A stretch of DNA of 64,000 nt, taken from assembly GCA_963820525.1 (NCBI GenBank), contig CAWGAA010000001.1:256001-320000 (forward strand), given 5' to 3'. This stretch comes from an uncultured Spirochaetota bacterium (GTDB taxonomy: Bacteria; Spirochaetota; Spirochaetia; SZUA-6; Fen-1364). Position 1 is the stretch's first letter. Every line of letters begins with the position of its first letter. Positions 1 through 9,124 of the stretch are shown here, piece after piece. Made by a program: the position numbers and the translations under genes. Below the pieces are notes generated by a model. The model saw nothing but the letters and a program-made list of their open reading frames with translations, was not told where the DNA came from and did not search any database.

Positions 1-489
1 GGCTTTCAGCTTTTCGACCTTCTTGAGGCACTGGGGGATGAGCTCCTGGCCGCCGAATCCCGGGTTGACGGTCATGACGAGAACGATATCGACCATTGCA
101 AGGACTTCACTCAGGGCGTCGACGGGAGTAGAGGGAACGATGGAGATCCCGGGATGCCTGCCGCAGTCGCGAATGGCCGCCAGCGCCCGGTGCACGTGGG
201 TGGTCGCCTCCAGGTGGATCGTGACATAGTCCGCGCCCGTGCGGCAGAACTCCTCGACGAAGTTCTCGGGGTTTTCGATCATGAGGTGAGCGTCGAAGGG
301 CAGACGGGTTACCTTGCGCAGGTCCGCCACGGCCTTCGGCCCGAAAGTGATGTTTGGCACGAAATGCCCGTCCATCACATCGAGATGGATAAAATCGCCC
401 CCGATCTCCTCGATCAACCGCACTCCCCGGGCGAGCTCGCCGAAGTCAGCGGAAAGCAGGGACGGGGCCACGATGACCCTGGAACTCAT
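1..489 (-). CDS. rpe: Ribulose-phosphate 3-epimerase (runs off the left edge)
   Basis: My translation from ATG at 489 gives MSSRVIVAPSLLSADF...HLDVMDGHFVPNITFG...VMTVNPGFGGQ, the hallmark Rpe motifs. Not in the ORF track because it is truncated. Confidence 0.93.
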   Translation of the reverse strand, partial: MSSRVIVAPSLLSADFGELARGVRLIEEIGGDFIHLDVMDGHFVPNITFGPKAVADLRKVTRLPFDAHLMIENPENFVEEFCRTGADYVTIHLEATTHVHRALAAIRDCGRHPGISIVPSTPVDALSEVLAMVDIVLVMTVNPGFGGQELIPQCLKKVEKLKA

Positions 490-495
490 GGCATC

Positions 496-523
496 ATAAT
501 AGCAGAAGAAGGCGGCTTTGCAA
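496..523 (-). promoter_or_regulatory. Putative sigma70 promoter for rpe, leaderless geometry
   Basis: TTGCAA (523-518), 16 bp spacer ending in TG-n, TATTAT (501-496), then 6 nt to the ATG. Confidence 0.6.
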
Positions 524-532
524 GCACGGCGG

Positions 533-699
533 GCCGCCGCAGTTGCAGCGTTCCGGGGCGCTCTACCCCCCAGGGCTCTCGCAGTTTGCTGCGCAAACCG
601 CTGCCGCCCCGGGGCCCCCTCTGGCGAACCTTCGGCTCGCCAGGGAGCCGCCGCAGTTGCGGCGTTCCGGGGCGCTCCGCGCAGTCGAGCCGCCGCAGT
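533..699. repeat. Two 31-bp direct repeats (533-563, 647-677) plus a partial third copy (689-699), flanking a palindromic element
   Basis: GCCGCCGCAGTTGC(A/G)GCGTTCCGGGGCGCTC occurs twice with 1 mismatch. Confidence 0.85.
568..643 (-). repeat. Structured palindromic element, copy 1 (REP/MITE-like)
   Basis: Minus strand reads CTGGCGAGCC-GAA-GGTTCGCCAG, AGGGGG, then CCCCGGGGC-GGCA-GCGGTTTGC-GCA-GCAAACTGC-GAGA-GCCCTGGGG. Same architecture as 43739-43884. Confidence 0.75.
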
Positions 700-700
700 G

Positions 701-728
701 TTGACGAAACTGGAGTGGACGCTATAAT
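701..728 (+). promoter_or_regulatory. Putative sigma70 promoter for the TPR-greA-vWA operon
   Basis: TTGACG (701-706), 16 bp, TATAAT (723-728). Confidence 0.7.
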
Positions 729-790
729 GGAACGAGATAGCGAAAGGCGGGGTTTACGCCCGAGCTCCGGGATCCGTGATCTCCTCCGAT

Positions 791-1741
791 ATGACAGAGG
801 GCCAGCTCAGTTTCCGCGACGACAAAGTCACCGAGATTCTGAACACGGCGTTTCAAAGCCTGAAGGAGGGGCTGTTCGCCGAGGCGATGGATTCTTTGGA
901 GAGGGTATTGGAAGCCGACATCGCCTATCCGGGAGCGGCTTCGGCGCTCGAGTGCGCCGGTTTCTGGAGGGAAAGACAGGAGAAGGAGCGATCGCTCACC
1001 GACACTTACGAGAAGGGAGAGTGGCTTCTCTCCCAGTGGAAGGTCTTTCGGGAGTTCGCGCTGCGGCTGGGGGACGTTCCCGAGGGCTGCGCTCTGGCCA
1101 TCAAGCAGTACGTGTTTTCATCGGCGCTGGCTCACTATCTCAGCCTCGTGGAAACGGAACCGGGGGGAGATCCGGAGATGCTCCTCCGGGCCGGGCACTG
1201 CTACAAGCGGCTCGGCGACTACGAACGCGCGCTCGAGCTTCTCGAGCGCGCCAACGCCGAGCGTCGAGAGAATGCAGAGCAGCTGGCGGAGCTGGCCGAC
1301 TGCTATTCCCTGGTGAACGAGACCCGGGCATCGAAGGTTTTTTTCCGGGAGGCTTTCTTCCTCGATCCCCAGGCGGTGGACCTGGAGGCGCTCGAGTCGC
1401 CCATGATAACGCGTCTGATCGCGAAGGTCCGCGGCCTCGGATACGGCGAGCCCGAATTGAAGGAGTGGCTTCCCGTCTACGGGGCCATTTATGGAGTCTT
1501 CAACGTGAAGAGGGAAATGAAGCCCCTTGAGCTTGGCAAGCTCAAACAGTCGATCTTCCTCTTGCAGAAGGAGATCGACTCCCAACCAGAGGCCCGCGGC
1601 ATGGTTCCGCGCCTGATAAACCGCTGCTTCTGGCTGATCGACCATTACCTTTCGGCGGGAGAGAGCCGGGAAAAGATCGAGGAAGTCCTCGCACGCATCG
1701 CAGCGTTGGACCCTCGAATATACAAGGAATACTCGACGTAG
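791..1741 (+). CDS. Tetratricopeptide-repeat protein (start could be GTG 776)
   Basis: Helical TPR-like segments (AGHCYKRLGDYERALELLERA; LADCYSLV); codon usage typical of this genome; directly upstream of greA. Confidence 0.75.
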   Translation: MTEGQLSFRDDKVTEILNTAFQSLKEGLFAEAMDSLERVLEADIAYPGAASALECAGFWRERQEKERSLTDTYEKGEWLLSQWKVFREFALRLGDVPEGCALAIKQYVFSSALAHYLSLVETEPGGDPEMLLRAGHCYKRLGDYERALELLERANAERRENAEQLAELADCYSLVNETRASKVFFREAFFLDPQAVDLEALESPMITRLIAKVRGLGYGEPELKEWLPVYGAIYGVFNVKREMKPLELGKLKQSIFLLQKEIDSQPEARGMVPRLINRCFWLIDHYLSAGESREKIEEVLARIAALDPRIYKEYST

Positions 1742-1768
1742 AGGCCCGCGGTACGAAGGAGATCCAGG

Positions 1769-4465
1769 ATGGCTACAGATCTTGTCAAGACTGTCACCGA
1801 GCTGCTGAACGAGGAGAAGTGGACGAGGGCGACGCTCAACAGCTATTCGATATCCAACTTCAAGGAGCTCGATACGCTCATAGACCAGGCCCGCTCCGAG
1901 GGGCTTGCCGATGAGGTTCGGGAGCTTGCCGGCGAACACCTGAAGCACACCTCCAACTCGATCATCGCCCTCTACCTCTCCGGGATCATCGCGCTTTCCA
2001 AGGAGCTGGTGGACGATACCAACCTCATCATGCTCATCAGCATCTTCACGGACAACCACAAGTTGAACATCGTCGAATACCTCGCCGACAGGATCCTGGA
2101 GTTCGGGGAAAACAAGTTCGCCCTCCGCACCCTGGGGGAGTGCTACGAGAACAGGAACGACGATGCGAAGAAGCTCGAAGTGTGGGACAGGCTCATCCGC
2201 GTCGACTACGAGGAAGCGGAGATCGTCAAGATCCTGGGAGAGAAGCGGGAAGAGGAGGGGGACGTCGATGCCGCCGTGGACTACTACAAGAAAGCGATCC
2301 ACCGCTTCATCAACAAGAAGCAGTTCGCCAGCGTCAAGGAGCTGTGGGACAAGCTGATCGAGCTCTGTCCCGAAGACATCGACTTCTTCTTCCACATCGA
2401 GAAGCGCATTTCGAAGAACATCAACGGCGAGCGCGCCGCCTCCCTCCTGACGACTCTCATCCCCTACTACAGGGAAAAGGGAGAATGGGATACGGCCATC
2501 GAGATCTTGAAGAGGATCCTCGACTACGATTCCAAGAACAACGCTGCCCGCAAAGACATCATCGATTGCTACCGGGAGAAGTACAAGAACCACAGCCAGC
2601 TCGAGGACTACATCAAGATCTCCAACCTCAACCAGAACTGGAGAAACGTCCACGAGGCCATCGCGGATTTCGAAAAGCACATCTCCTTCGACACGGGCAA
2701 CTACGTGTTCCACCGCACCTGGGGCATCGGGCGCATCGTGAGCATCAAGGACGACACCTTCGTCATCGACTTCGCCAACAAGACCTCGCATAAGATGTCC
2801 CTCAAGATGGCGGTGAGCGCCCTGGAGGTGCTCTCTGCCGAGCACATCTGGGTATTGAAGAGGACGATGCCCAAGGAGGAGCTGGCGCCCAAGGTGAAGG
2901 CGGACCCGTCGTGGGCGCTGAAGCTGATCATCAAGAGCTTCGGCAACTGCGCCGACATGAAGCGGATCAAGGCGGAGCTTGTGCCCGACGTGCTGTCGAC
3001 GGGGGAATGGTCGCGCTGGAACACCGAGGCGCGGTCCATCCTCAAGAAGGACTCCGCGTTCGGAAACCTGCCGGACAAGATCGACCAGTTCATGGTCCGC
3101 GACAAGCCCATCTCCTTCGAAGAGAAGACCTACAACAAGTTCAAGGCCGAAAAGAACTTCTTCGACCGGGTGAAGACCATCGAGGACTACATCCAGGGCG
3201 GCCAGGCGGAGCCGGATTCGGACTGGTTCTCCGAGATGTTCTCCTACTTCACTACATTCCTGAAGGGAACCCCGGGCGTTTCGGAGACGGTGATCGCAAG
3301 CTGGCTCCTTGTCCAGAAAATCTCCGCCATCTACCCCTTCCTCAACCCGGGCGTCCTGCTCACCTTCGAGGAGCTGTTCAGGAAGATCGAGAACCTGGAA
3401 GAGACCTTCATGAAAATCGAGGACCCGGAGCTGAAGCGGGAGTTCCTCATCGCGATAAAAAAGAACATCCCGGAGTGGCCCGAGGTTTTCAAGCGCCTGT
3501 TCTCCCTGTATCCCAACAGGTTCATCGTCGACGAGCTCGTCGCCAACAAGCTCTGGGACGTCCTGGCCACCCTCATCTCCCAGCTGCAGGCCCGCTACAA
3601 GGAGAACAGGGACGCTTTCGTCTGGATGGCGAAGAACCTCCTGGGAGAGCGCTGGCTGGAGAGGATGAGCGTATCGCGCGAGAAGATCTTCATCGGTCTC
3701 ATCCACCTCCTGGAGATCACCTTCCGCGAGATCGCCAACAAGCGCGACGCGAGCGCCAACAGGAAGACCAACCGCCAGATCCATGAGTTCCTCTTCGACG
3801 AGGGCAGGCTCCTCGAGTTCCTCATGGGAGCCGACGAGGATTCCATCACCCGCCTCTATACACTCGTGGACGACGTGAAGGAGCTGGACCCCTCCATCAA
3901 GATCCACCTCAAGCACAGGATCAAGGAGAAGTATCCCAACTTCCGCTTCCTCGGAGAGCACGAAGCCGAAAAGGTGAGCCTCGGCCTTCTGGTAACGCGT
4001 GCCAGCTTCGAGAAGAAGCAGCAGGACTTGAAGCACGTCCTCGATTTCGAGATCCCCGAGAACTCCAAGGAGATCGGCGTTGCCATGAGCAAGGGGGATC
4101 TTCGCGAGAACGCCGAGTACAAGGCCGCCCTCGAGAAGCAGGAGATGCTCAAGGTGGCGGCCTCACGCCTGCAGGAAGAGCTTCAGGCCGCCCAGATCTT
4201 CAACGAGAACGAGGTGAACACCAACAAGATCTCCTTCGGCACGCGGGCGCGCCTGAAGAACCTCAAGGGCGGCCAGACGGAGGAGTACCTCATCCTCGGG
4301 CCGTGGGAGTCTAATCCCACAAGGAATATCATCTCCTACCTCTCTCCCCTCGGCGCCGCGCTCTGGAGCCATGCAACGGGAGAGGAGCTTGCCTTCACGA
4401 TCAATCAAAACGAGTTCCACTATGTCGTGGAAAACATTGAAAAGGCGGACTTGAAAAATCTATGA
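1769..4465 (+). CDS. greA: Transcription elongation factor GreA with long N-terminal TPR-like extension (898 aa)
   Basis: C-terminal GreA domain with GDLRENAEYKAA and ISYLSPLGAAL. Confidence 0.9.
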   Translation: MATDLVKTVTELLNEEKWTRATLNSYSISNFKELDTLIDQARSEGLADEVRELAGEHLKHTSNSIIALYLSGIIALSKELVDDTNLIMLISIFTDNHKLNIVEYLADRILEFGENKFALRTLGECYENRNDDAKKLEVWDRLIRVDYEEAEIVKILGEKREEEGDVDAAVDYYKKAIHRFINKKQFASVKELWDKLIELCPEDIDFFFHIEKRISKNINGERAASLLTTLIPYYREKGEWDTAIEILKRILDYDSKNNAARKDIIDCYREKYKNHSQLEDYIKISNLNQNWRNVHEAIADFEKHISFDTGNYVFHRTWGIGRIVSIKDDTFVIDFANKTSHKMSLKMAVSALEVLSAEHIWVLKRTMPKEELAPKVKADPSWALKLIIKSFGNCADMKRIKAELVPDVLSTGEWSRWNTEARSILKKDSAFGNLPDKIDQFMVRDKPISFEEKTYNKFKAEKNFFDRVKTIEDYIQGGQAEPDSDWFSEMFSYFTTFLKGTPGVSETVIASWLLVQKISAIYPFLNPGVLLTFEELFRKIENLEETFMKIEDPELKREFLIAIKKNIPEWPEVFKRLFSLYPNRFIVDELVANKLWDVLATLISQLQARYKENRDAFVWMAKNLLGERWLERMSVSREKIFIGLIHLLEITFREIANKRDASANRKTNRQIHEFLFDEGRLLEFLMGADEDSITRLYTLVDDVKELDPSIKIHLKHRIKEKYPNFRFLGEHEAEKVSLGLLVTRASFEKKQQDLKHVLDFEIPENSKEIGVAMSKGDLRENAEYKAALEKQEMLKVAASRLQEELQAAQIFNENEVNTNKISFGTRARLKNLKGGQTEEYLILGPWESNPTRNIISYLSPLGAALWSHATGEELAFTINQNEFHYVVENIEKADLKNL

Positions 4466-6225
4466 AACACACACGGATTCTCCTCGCCCTCGCGGTGGTC
4501 CTGTGCGTGTCCATGCCCCTGGCGGCGGCCAACATGGACCTCGTCGTCATGGTGGATACCTCCACCAGCATGTTTCCCTACTTCGACGACCTGATGCACT
4601 TCCTCATCCAGGATCTGCTCACGACGAAGCTCCATTCGGGCGACACGTTCCACCTGTTGAGCTTCAACAGCACCCCCGAGGTTGAGCTCTCCCTCGACAT
4701 GGGAAGCGAGGAGGCGGCCGAAAAGGCTTTCGGCCGGCTTCTGCTCCTGCAGCCTCTGGGCCGCTATACGGACCTGGTGGCGGCCCTCCAGTTCCTCTAC
4801 CACTATACGAAGGAGCTGCCGGATTCCAACCCAAAGACGATCCTTCTGGTCACGGATGGAGTCCACGATCCACCGCCGAACAGCCCCAACCGCGGGGATC
4901 ACGAAAAGATAAAAAAGGCGATTGAAGAAATCACGGGATCGATCAAGAAAGAGGGATGGACGCTGCGGATCCTCAAGGTTCCCGCCGAGCCCGCCCCCGG
5001 AGAGGAAGGCCTGCCGAGCTATCTTCCCGAGGTCTCGGAGGGGCTGGGAGTGCCCATCGTTCCCTACAGGAACGAGGACAAGGCGCAGGTAACCGGAGAG
5101 ATTATGGGCTACCCCACCCTCCTGTTCCCGCCCGCCCTCGGCAGCGTGGGAAGCCGGTTCGTCGCGCCTTTCCGGGTGAAGAACTTCAGCGCGGATCCCA
5201 TCATCGTGCGGCTCTCCAGCGTCCAATCCGAAAGCAGCGAGCTATTAGAGCGGACCGTGACGATTGCCGTAGCCCCCAAGAAGGAAGCAGCCCTCAATGT
5301 TCCCCTACGCCTCCCTTCCTCCATGGCCGCGGGCGACTATTCCCTGACCGTGAAGCTGTCCTTCGAAGACGATATCCGGATTTCGCCGACCGAGGGGACC
5401 CTCCGCTTCACGTACACGGGCCGGGGCGGCATGCCTGCCTTGGGATTGACCCTTTCCTCTATTTTGTACGCCGTGCTGGGCGCCGTCGGGATTCTCCTGC
5501 TTGTCGCCCTGTTCCTGTTCCTGAGGCGCAAGCTCCATGAAGTGCCGCTGGCGGGAGTCGAAAGGGCAGCAAAGCGAAGGGAGGAAACAGCCCTTGCGCG
5601 CCCGGCGCATGGTCAAGCGGCCCCGGCAAAGATCCCCCTTCTGTCCGCAGAGGGCGAGAAGGCCGCATCGCAACCCTCCCCTGCCCGCGCCGAAACCCCT
5701 GTCCTCCGCGAGCGGCGAAAGCTCGTCCCCCTCCTGGAGGTCGGCGCGCCTTCGCACGCGGGAGGTCTCCTCGCCGCATCGGCCGCCGGCAGGCGCCCCA
5801 CGGTGGAGAGCCTGCGCAAGGCGCTCCCCCAGCCTCTTCTCCAGCGCTCCGGGCTGCCCCCCATGATCGAGATGCGGGCCAGCGACCAGAACTCCCATAT
5901 CGGCTTCCGCAACATCCACAGGATTCCCCAGGGGGGCTCGCTCAGCGTCGGCGGAAGGTTCTCCTCCTATCTCATCTATTTCGTGCCGGTCCCGCGAGGG
6001 ATAGCCGAGATCCGAAATGAGGGCGGGCGGTACACTTTCGTTCCCCTGCGCAAGGAGTTTTTCCCCGGCCTTCCGCGGCCTCTGGTCGATTGCATCGCAG
6101 CGGAGATACCGATGGTGACCCCCAAGGGCTACACCTTCACGATACGTTTCCGCGAGTGGGTATCGCCTCTCGATGAGATCAACGCGCTGATGCGATCGAT
6201 ACACCATGAGGGGAAACGAAGCTAG
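4462..6225 (+). CDS. vWA-domain membrane protein
   Basis: Signal peptide, MIDAS motif DTSTS...T...VTDG, internal TM helix (ILYAVLGAVGILLLVALFLFL) followed by RRK. ATGA overlap with greA. Confidence 0.8.
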   Translation: MKHTRILLALAVVLCVSMPLAAANMDLVVMVDTSTSMFPYFDDLMHFLIQDLLTTKLHSGDTFHLLSFNSTPEVELSLDMGSEEAAEKAFGRLLLLQPLGRYTDLVAALQFLYHYTKELPDSNPKTILLVTDGVHDPPPNSPNRGDHEKIKKAIEEITGSIKKEGWTLRILKVPAEPAPGEEGLPSYLPEVSEGLGVPIVPYRNEDKAQVTGEIMGYPTLLFPPALGSVGSRFVAPFRVKNFSADPIIVRLSSVQSESSELLERTVTIAVAPKKEAALNVPLRLPSSMAAGDYSLTVKLSFEDDIRISPTEGTLRFTYTGRGGMPALGLTLSSILYAVLGAVGILLLVALFLFLRRKLHEVPLAGVERAAKRREETALARPAHGQAAPAKIPLLSAEGEKAASQPSPARAETPVLRERRKLVPLLEVGAPSHAGGLLAASAAGRRPTVESLRKALPQPLLQRSGLPPMIEMRASDQNSHIGFRNIHRIPQGGSLSVGGRFSSYLIYFVPVPRGIAEIRNEGGRYTFVPLRKEFFPGLPRPLVDCIAAEIPMVTPKGYTFTIRFREWVSPLDEINALMRSIHHEGKRS

Positions 6226-7556
6226 AGCTTGTCGGCGACTCTTGCGGCTTCTTTCTTGATCCCCGGCAGGGGGTCTTTCTCGGCCATTCTCAGGAGCTTC
6301 TCCTTGAGCGCCGAGAAGGCGTTCAGCTCGATTCCCTTGATCGCATAGAGCCTGACGTAGGGGTCCGCGTTTTCAAGGAAGCGCTCGAAGATCTCCTTGA
6401 GGCCGGGAGCCCGAGCGGACGAGAGCACACGCGCCTCCCAGAGGAGAGCCTTCTGATCGCGAGCGCGCGTGTCCGCGTTCACCGCTTCGGCAATGGCGCT
6501 GATCGTCGAGTCTGATGGGTTTTTCTCCACCAGAAGAGAGAGGGCTTTTTCCCGGCTCTCCGGGGGCGTGCCGGTCTTCGTGAACAAATCCAGCATCAGG
6601 GAGGTGGCATCATCCCCTCCGATGACGGCCAGCGTGCTGATGGCCTCGACCCGGACCTGGCTTACCGGATCCGATTTCGCCTTATAGGAAAGGATCGAAA
6701 TCACCTCTGAAGTCCTGTCGCCCGGCAGGGGACGGGCCAGGGCCTTGATGCACTCCGTGCGCACCTTCCAGTTGTCGTCGCGCATGCCCGCAAGGAGCTG
6801 GTCGATGACCAGGGACACATCGAAGCGTGCCAGCGCCGAAGCGGCGTATGTTTTTGAAAGGGCGTCGTTCTCCGCCATCAGGGACTTGAGGATGGGTATG
6901 GCCTTCGCATCGCCGATTTTTCCCAACGCATCAGCGGCATACAATCGCCAGGTCTTCTCCTGTTCCGTGTCCTTCACGACAGCGATGAGTTGATCCTCCG
7001 CCGCCGGATCCTTCAACGCGCCCAAGGCCAGGATTACCTGGCTCTTCCTGCCGTCGGGGAAGTCGGCGCTGATGAGCTTGGAAAGGAGGATCTCGGTCAC
7101 CGATCTGTCCTGGCTTGCTCCAAGCGCCTCGATGGCCTGTGAGGCGATCCCGTTGTCGGCGACGTCAATGAGCGGGATGAGGTCTTTTGTGATCCCCGCC
7201 GCTCCCGCTGCCATGAGGTAATGGATGGCAGAGATCACCAGCTCGCTTTTCTGGTCCTGCCAGCCGCCGATGATCCGCCGCGCCGTCTCTTCCCCCTCCT
7301 TTGCCTTCTGGTCTGAAAAAAGATCGAGGATCGCCTTTTGAACGTCGCCGCTGGCAGAAGTCGCGAGCAGCCGGGCGAGTTCGCTCGTGAGGGAGGTATC
7401 CTTCATTTCCCTGATCTCCTGCACAGTCTGCAGGACCTGGCTGTCTATCCCGTAGAGGAGAGTCTGTTTCCATACATCGCGGACCTGCGCGGCTACTTCG
7501 GCATCGGAGCGCTGCGGGCTGGCCAGAAGGAGAAAGAGGGTAAGAATGAACGTCAT
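6222..7556 (-). CDS. HEAT-repeat exported protein
   Basis: Likely start MTFILTLFLLLA at 7556, overlapping the murJ stop. Repeated HEAT/PBS-lyase-like motifs (AADALGKIGD, AIEALGAS, ILALGALKD). Confidence 0.8.
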   Translation of the reverse strand: MTFILTLFLLLASPQRSDAEVAAQVRDVWKQTLLYGIDSQVLQTVQEIREMKDTSLTSELARLLATSASGDVQKAILDLFSDQKAKEGEETARRIIGGWQDQKSELVISAIHYLMAAGAAGITKDLIPLIDVADNGIASQAIEALGASQDRSVTEILLSKLISADFPDGRKSQVILALGALKDPAAEDQLIAVVKDTEQEKTWRLYAADALGKIGDAKAIPILKSLMAENDALSKTYAASALARFDVSLVIDQLLAGMRDDNWKVRTECIKALARPLPGDRTSEVISILSYKAKSDPVSQVRVEAISTLAVIGGDDATSLMLDLFTKTGTPPESREKALSLLVEKNPSDSTISAIAEAVNADTRARDQKALLWEARVLSSARAPGLKEIFERFLENADPYVRLYAIKGIELNAFSALKEKLLRMAEKDPLPGIKKEAARVADKL

Positions 7557-9121
7557 GTCGTTCTCCGCCTTTTCACCAGGTCCATGACAAAGGGGACCCG
7601 AAGGATGATGTACATCGCAAAGGTGATGACAACCGCGGCGCCGACCGCGGCGCCCACCCACAGGAGGCTCGTCAGGCTGCTCCCCGCGGACCACAGATCG
7701 CCCTTGAATCGCAGGAATGCCAGAAGGAAGGCTACCAGGGGAATCGAGGCGGCGAGCGACTTGAGGAAGCTTAAGGAGATCCTGCGCGCCCCGATCCTCG
7801 ACAGCCGCCTCCGCGCCACGATGAGCAGATATGCCAGGCCCGCGCTGAAGGCAATGGAGTTGGCAACGGCGAGCCCCGTCACGCGGAGAGGCGTTTCCTT
7901 GAGCCAGAGGGAGAACGCGAGATCCACCCCCGCCACCAGGGCGGCGCTCACGATCGGGGTGCGAAACTCCTTCAACGAGTAGAAGAAGCGCTGGAGGAAA
8001 TTGTACAAACCCATGCTGAGAAGGCCCACGGCATAGCCCGTGAGGGCACGGGAGGCCATAACCGTGTTGGCGGCCTTGAAGCTCATCCTCTGCAGGGTGA
8101 CGGAGATGATCTCCTTTCCCAACAGGCAGAGCAGGACCGCGGAGGGGACAAGGAGAACCGTGAGGAACTCGATGCCGTAGCTTACCGAATCCCGCAGTCC
8201 TTCGGTGTCGTTTCCCGCCACCTGCCTGCTCATGCGGGGGAACACGACGGTGGTGATGGACGCCGTGAATATCCCGATGGGGATCTGAAGGAACATGATG
8301 GCGTTCGTCAGCGCGGAGACGCTTCCGTCCTCCAGGGAGCTTGCGAAGAAGCTGGCGAGGAACTGGTTGATGGCGAAAATAGACGCAGACGCGAGGTAGG
8401 GAATCCAGAGCTTCACCGTCTGGTGGAAGCGCGGGTTTCCGAAATGAAAATCGAGGGAGACGGAGTAGCCGCGTGCGCGGAAAGCGGGAAGCTGGAAGAC
8501 GAGCTGGATCACCCCTCCCACCAGCACCCCCACTCCCATTGAGGCAACCCCGATACGTTTTCCCAGCAGGAGCATGAAGAGTACTATTGCCAGGGAGAAC
8601 AGAAGGGGGCTCAAGGCCGGAACGGCGAAGCGGCCGTGGGAGTTGAGGACCGCCATGACCACCGCGCTGATGCTGACGAAGAGGATGTAGTTGAACATCC
8701 ATCTGAACAGCTCCGCCGCAATGGGGATCTTCTGGGGGTCCGAGAAGGGCAGGAGGACCGAAACGAAGGCGCGGGGGAAGGCGAGGCTCAATCCCACCAG
8801 GGGAACGAGGATCAGGATCAGCAGGGCCATGAGGTTTCCCACAAGCCTGCGGGACTCGCGGCCCGAGGGATCCTCCACGATCGTCGACGAGAGCACGGGG
8901 ATGAAGGCCGATGACAAGGCCCCTTCGGCAAAGAGCTTTCGAAGATTGTTGGGAATGTTGAAAACGGCATTCAGGGCGTCGGCATTGCCCGAAGCGCCGA
9001 AGAGCGCGGCGATGAGGGCCTGCTTCACGTATCCGAAGAGGCGGGAAAGCGCCGTACAGGCCATCACGATGAAGGTGGAAAGAGTGCTCTTTCGCGTGCC
9101 GCTTTCCGTTCCGGTCTCCAC
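7553..9121 (-). CDS. murJ: Lipid II flippase MurJ (MviN)
   Basis: SRLFGYVK, IPNNLRKLFAEGALSSAFIP and many TM helices. Confidence 0.92.
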   Translation of the reverse strand: METGTESGTRKSTLSTFIVMACTALSRLFGYVKQALIAALFGASGNADALNAVFNIPNNLRKLFAEGALSSAFIPVLSSTIVEDPSGRESRRLVGNLMALLILILVPLVGLSLAFPRAFVSVLLPFSDPQKIPIAAELFRWMFNYILFVSISAVVMAVLNSHGRFAVPALSPLLFSLAIVLFMLLLGKRIGVASMGVGVLVGGVIQLVFQLPAFRARGYSVSLDFHFGNPRFHQTVKLWIPYLASASIFAINQFLASFFASSLEDGSVSALTNAIMFLQIPIGIFTASITTVVFPRMSRQVAGNDTEGLRDSVSYGIEFLTVLLVPSAVLLCLLGKEIISVTLQRMSFKAANTVMASRALTGYAVGLLSMGLYNFLQRFFYSLKEFRTPIVSAALVAGVDLAFSLWLKETPLRVTGLAVANSIAFSAGLAYLLIVARRRLSRIGARRISLSFLKSLAASIPLVAFLLAFLRFKGDLWSAGSSLTSLLWVGAAVGAAVVITFAMYIILRVPFVMDLVKRRRTT

Positions 9122-9124
9122 GCT

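Noticed and set aside
533..699. Possible mini-CRISPR array
   Set aside because: Only two full repeats, gaps of 83 and 11 bp, a structured GC-rich insert, no AT-rich leader and no cas genes.
1118..4036. 972-aa antisense ORF, and similar ones at 30118-33438, 26324-28570 and 61280-62974
   Set aside because: Shadow frames opposite well-supported genes, expected from high GC3 codon bias; no recognisable motifs.
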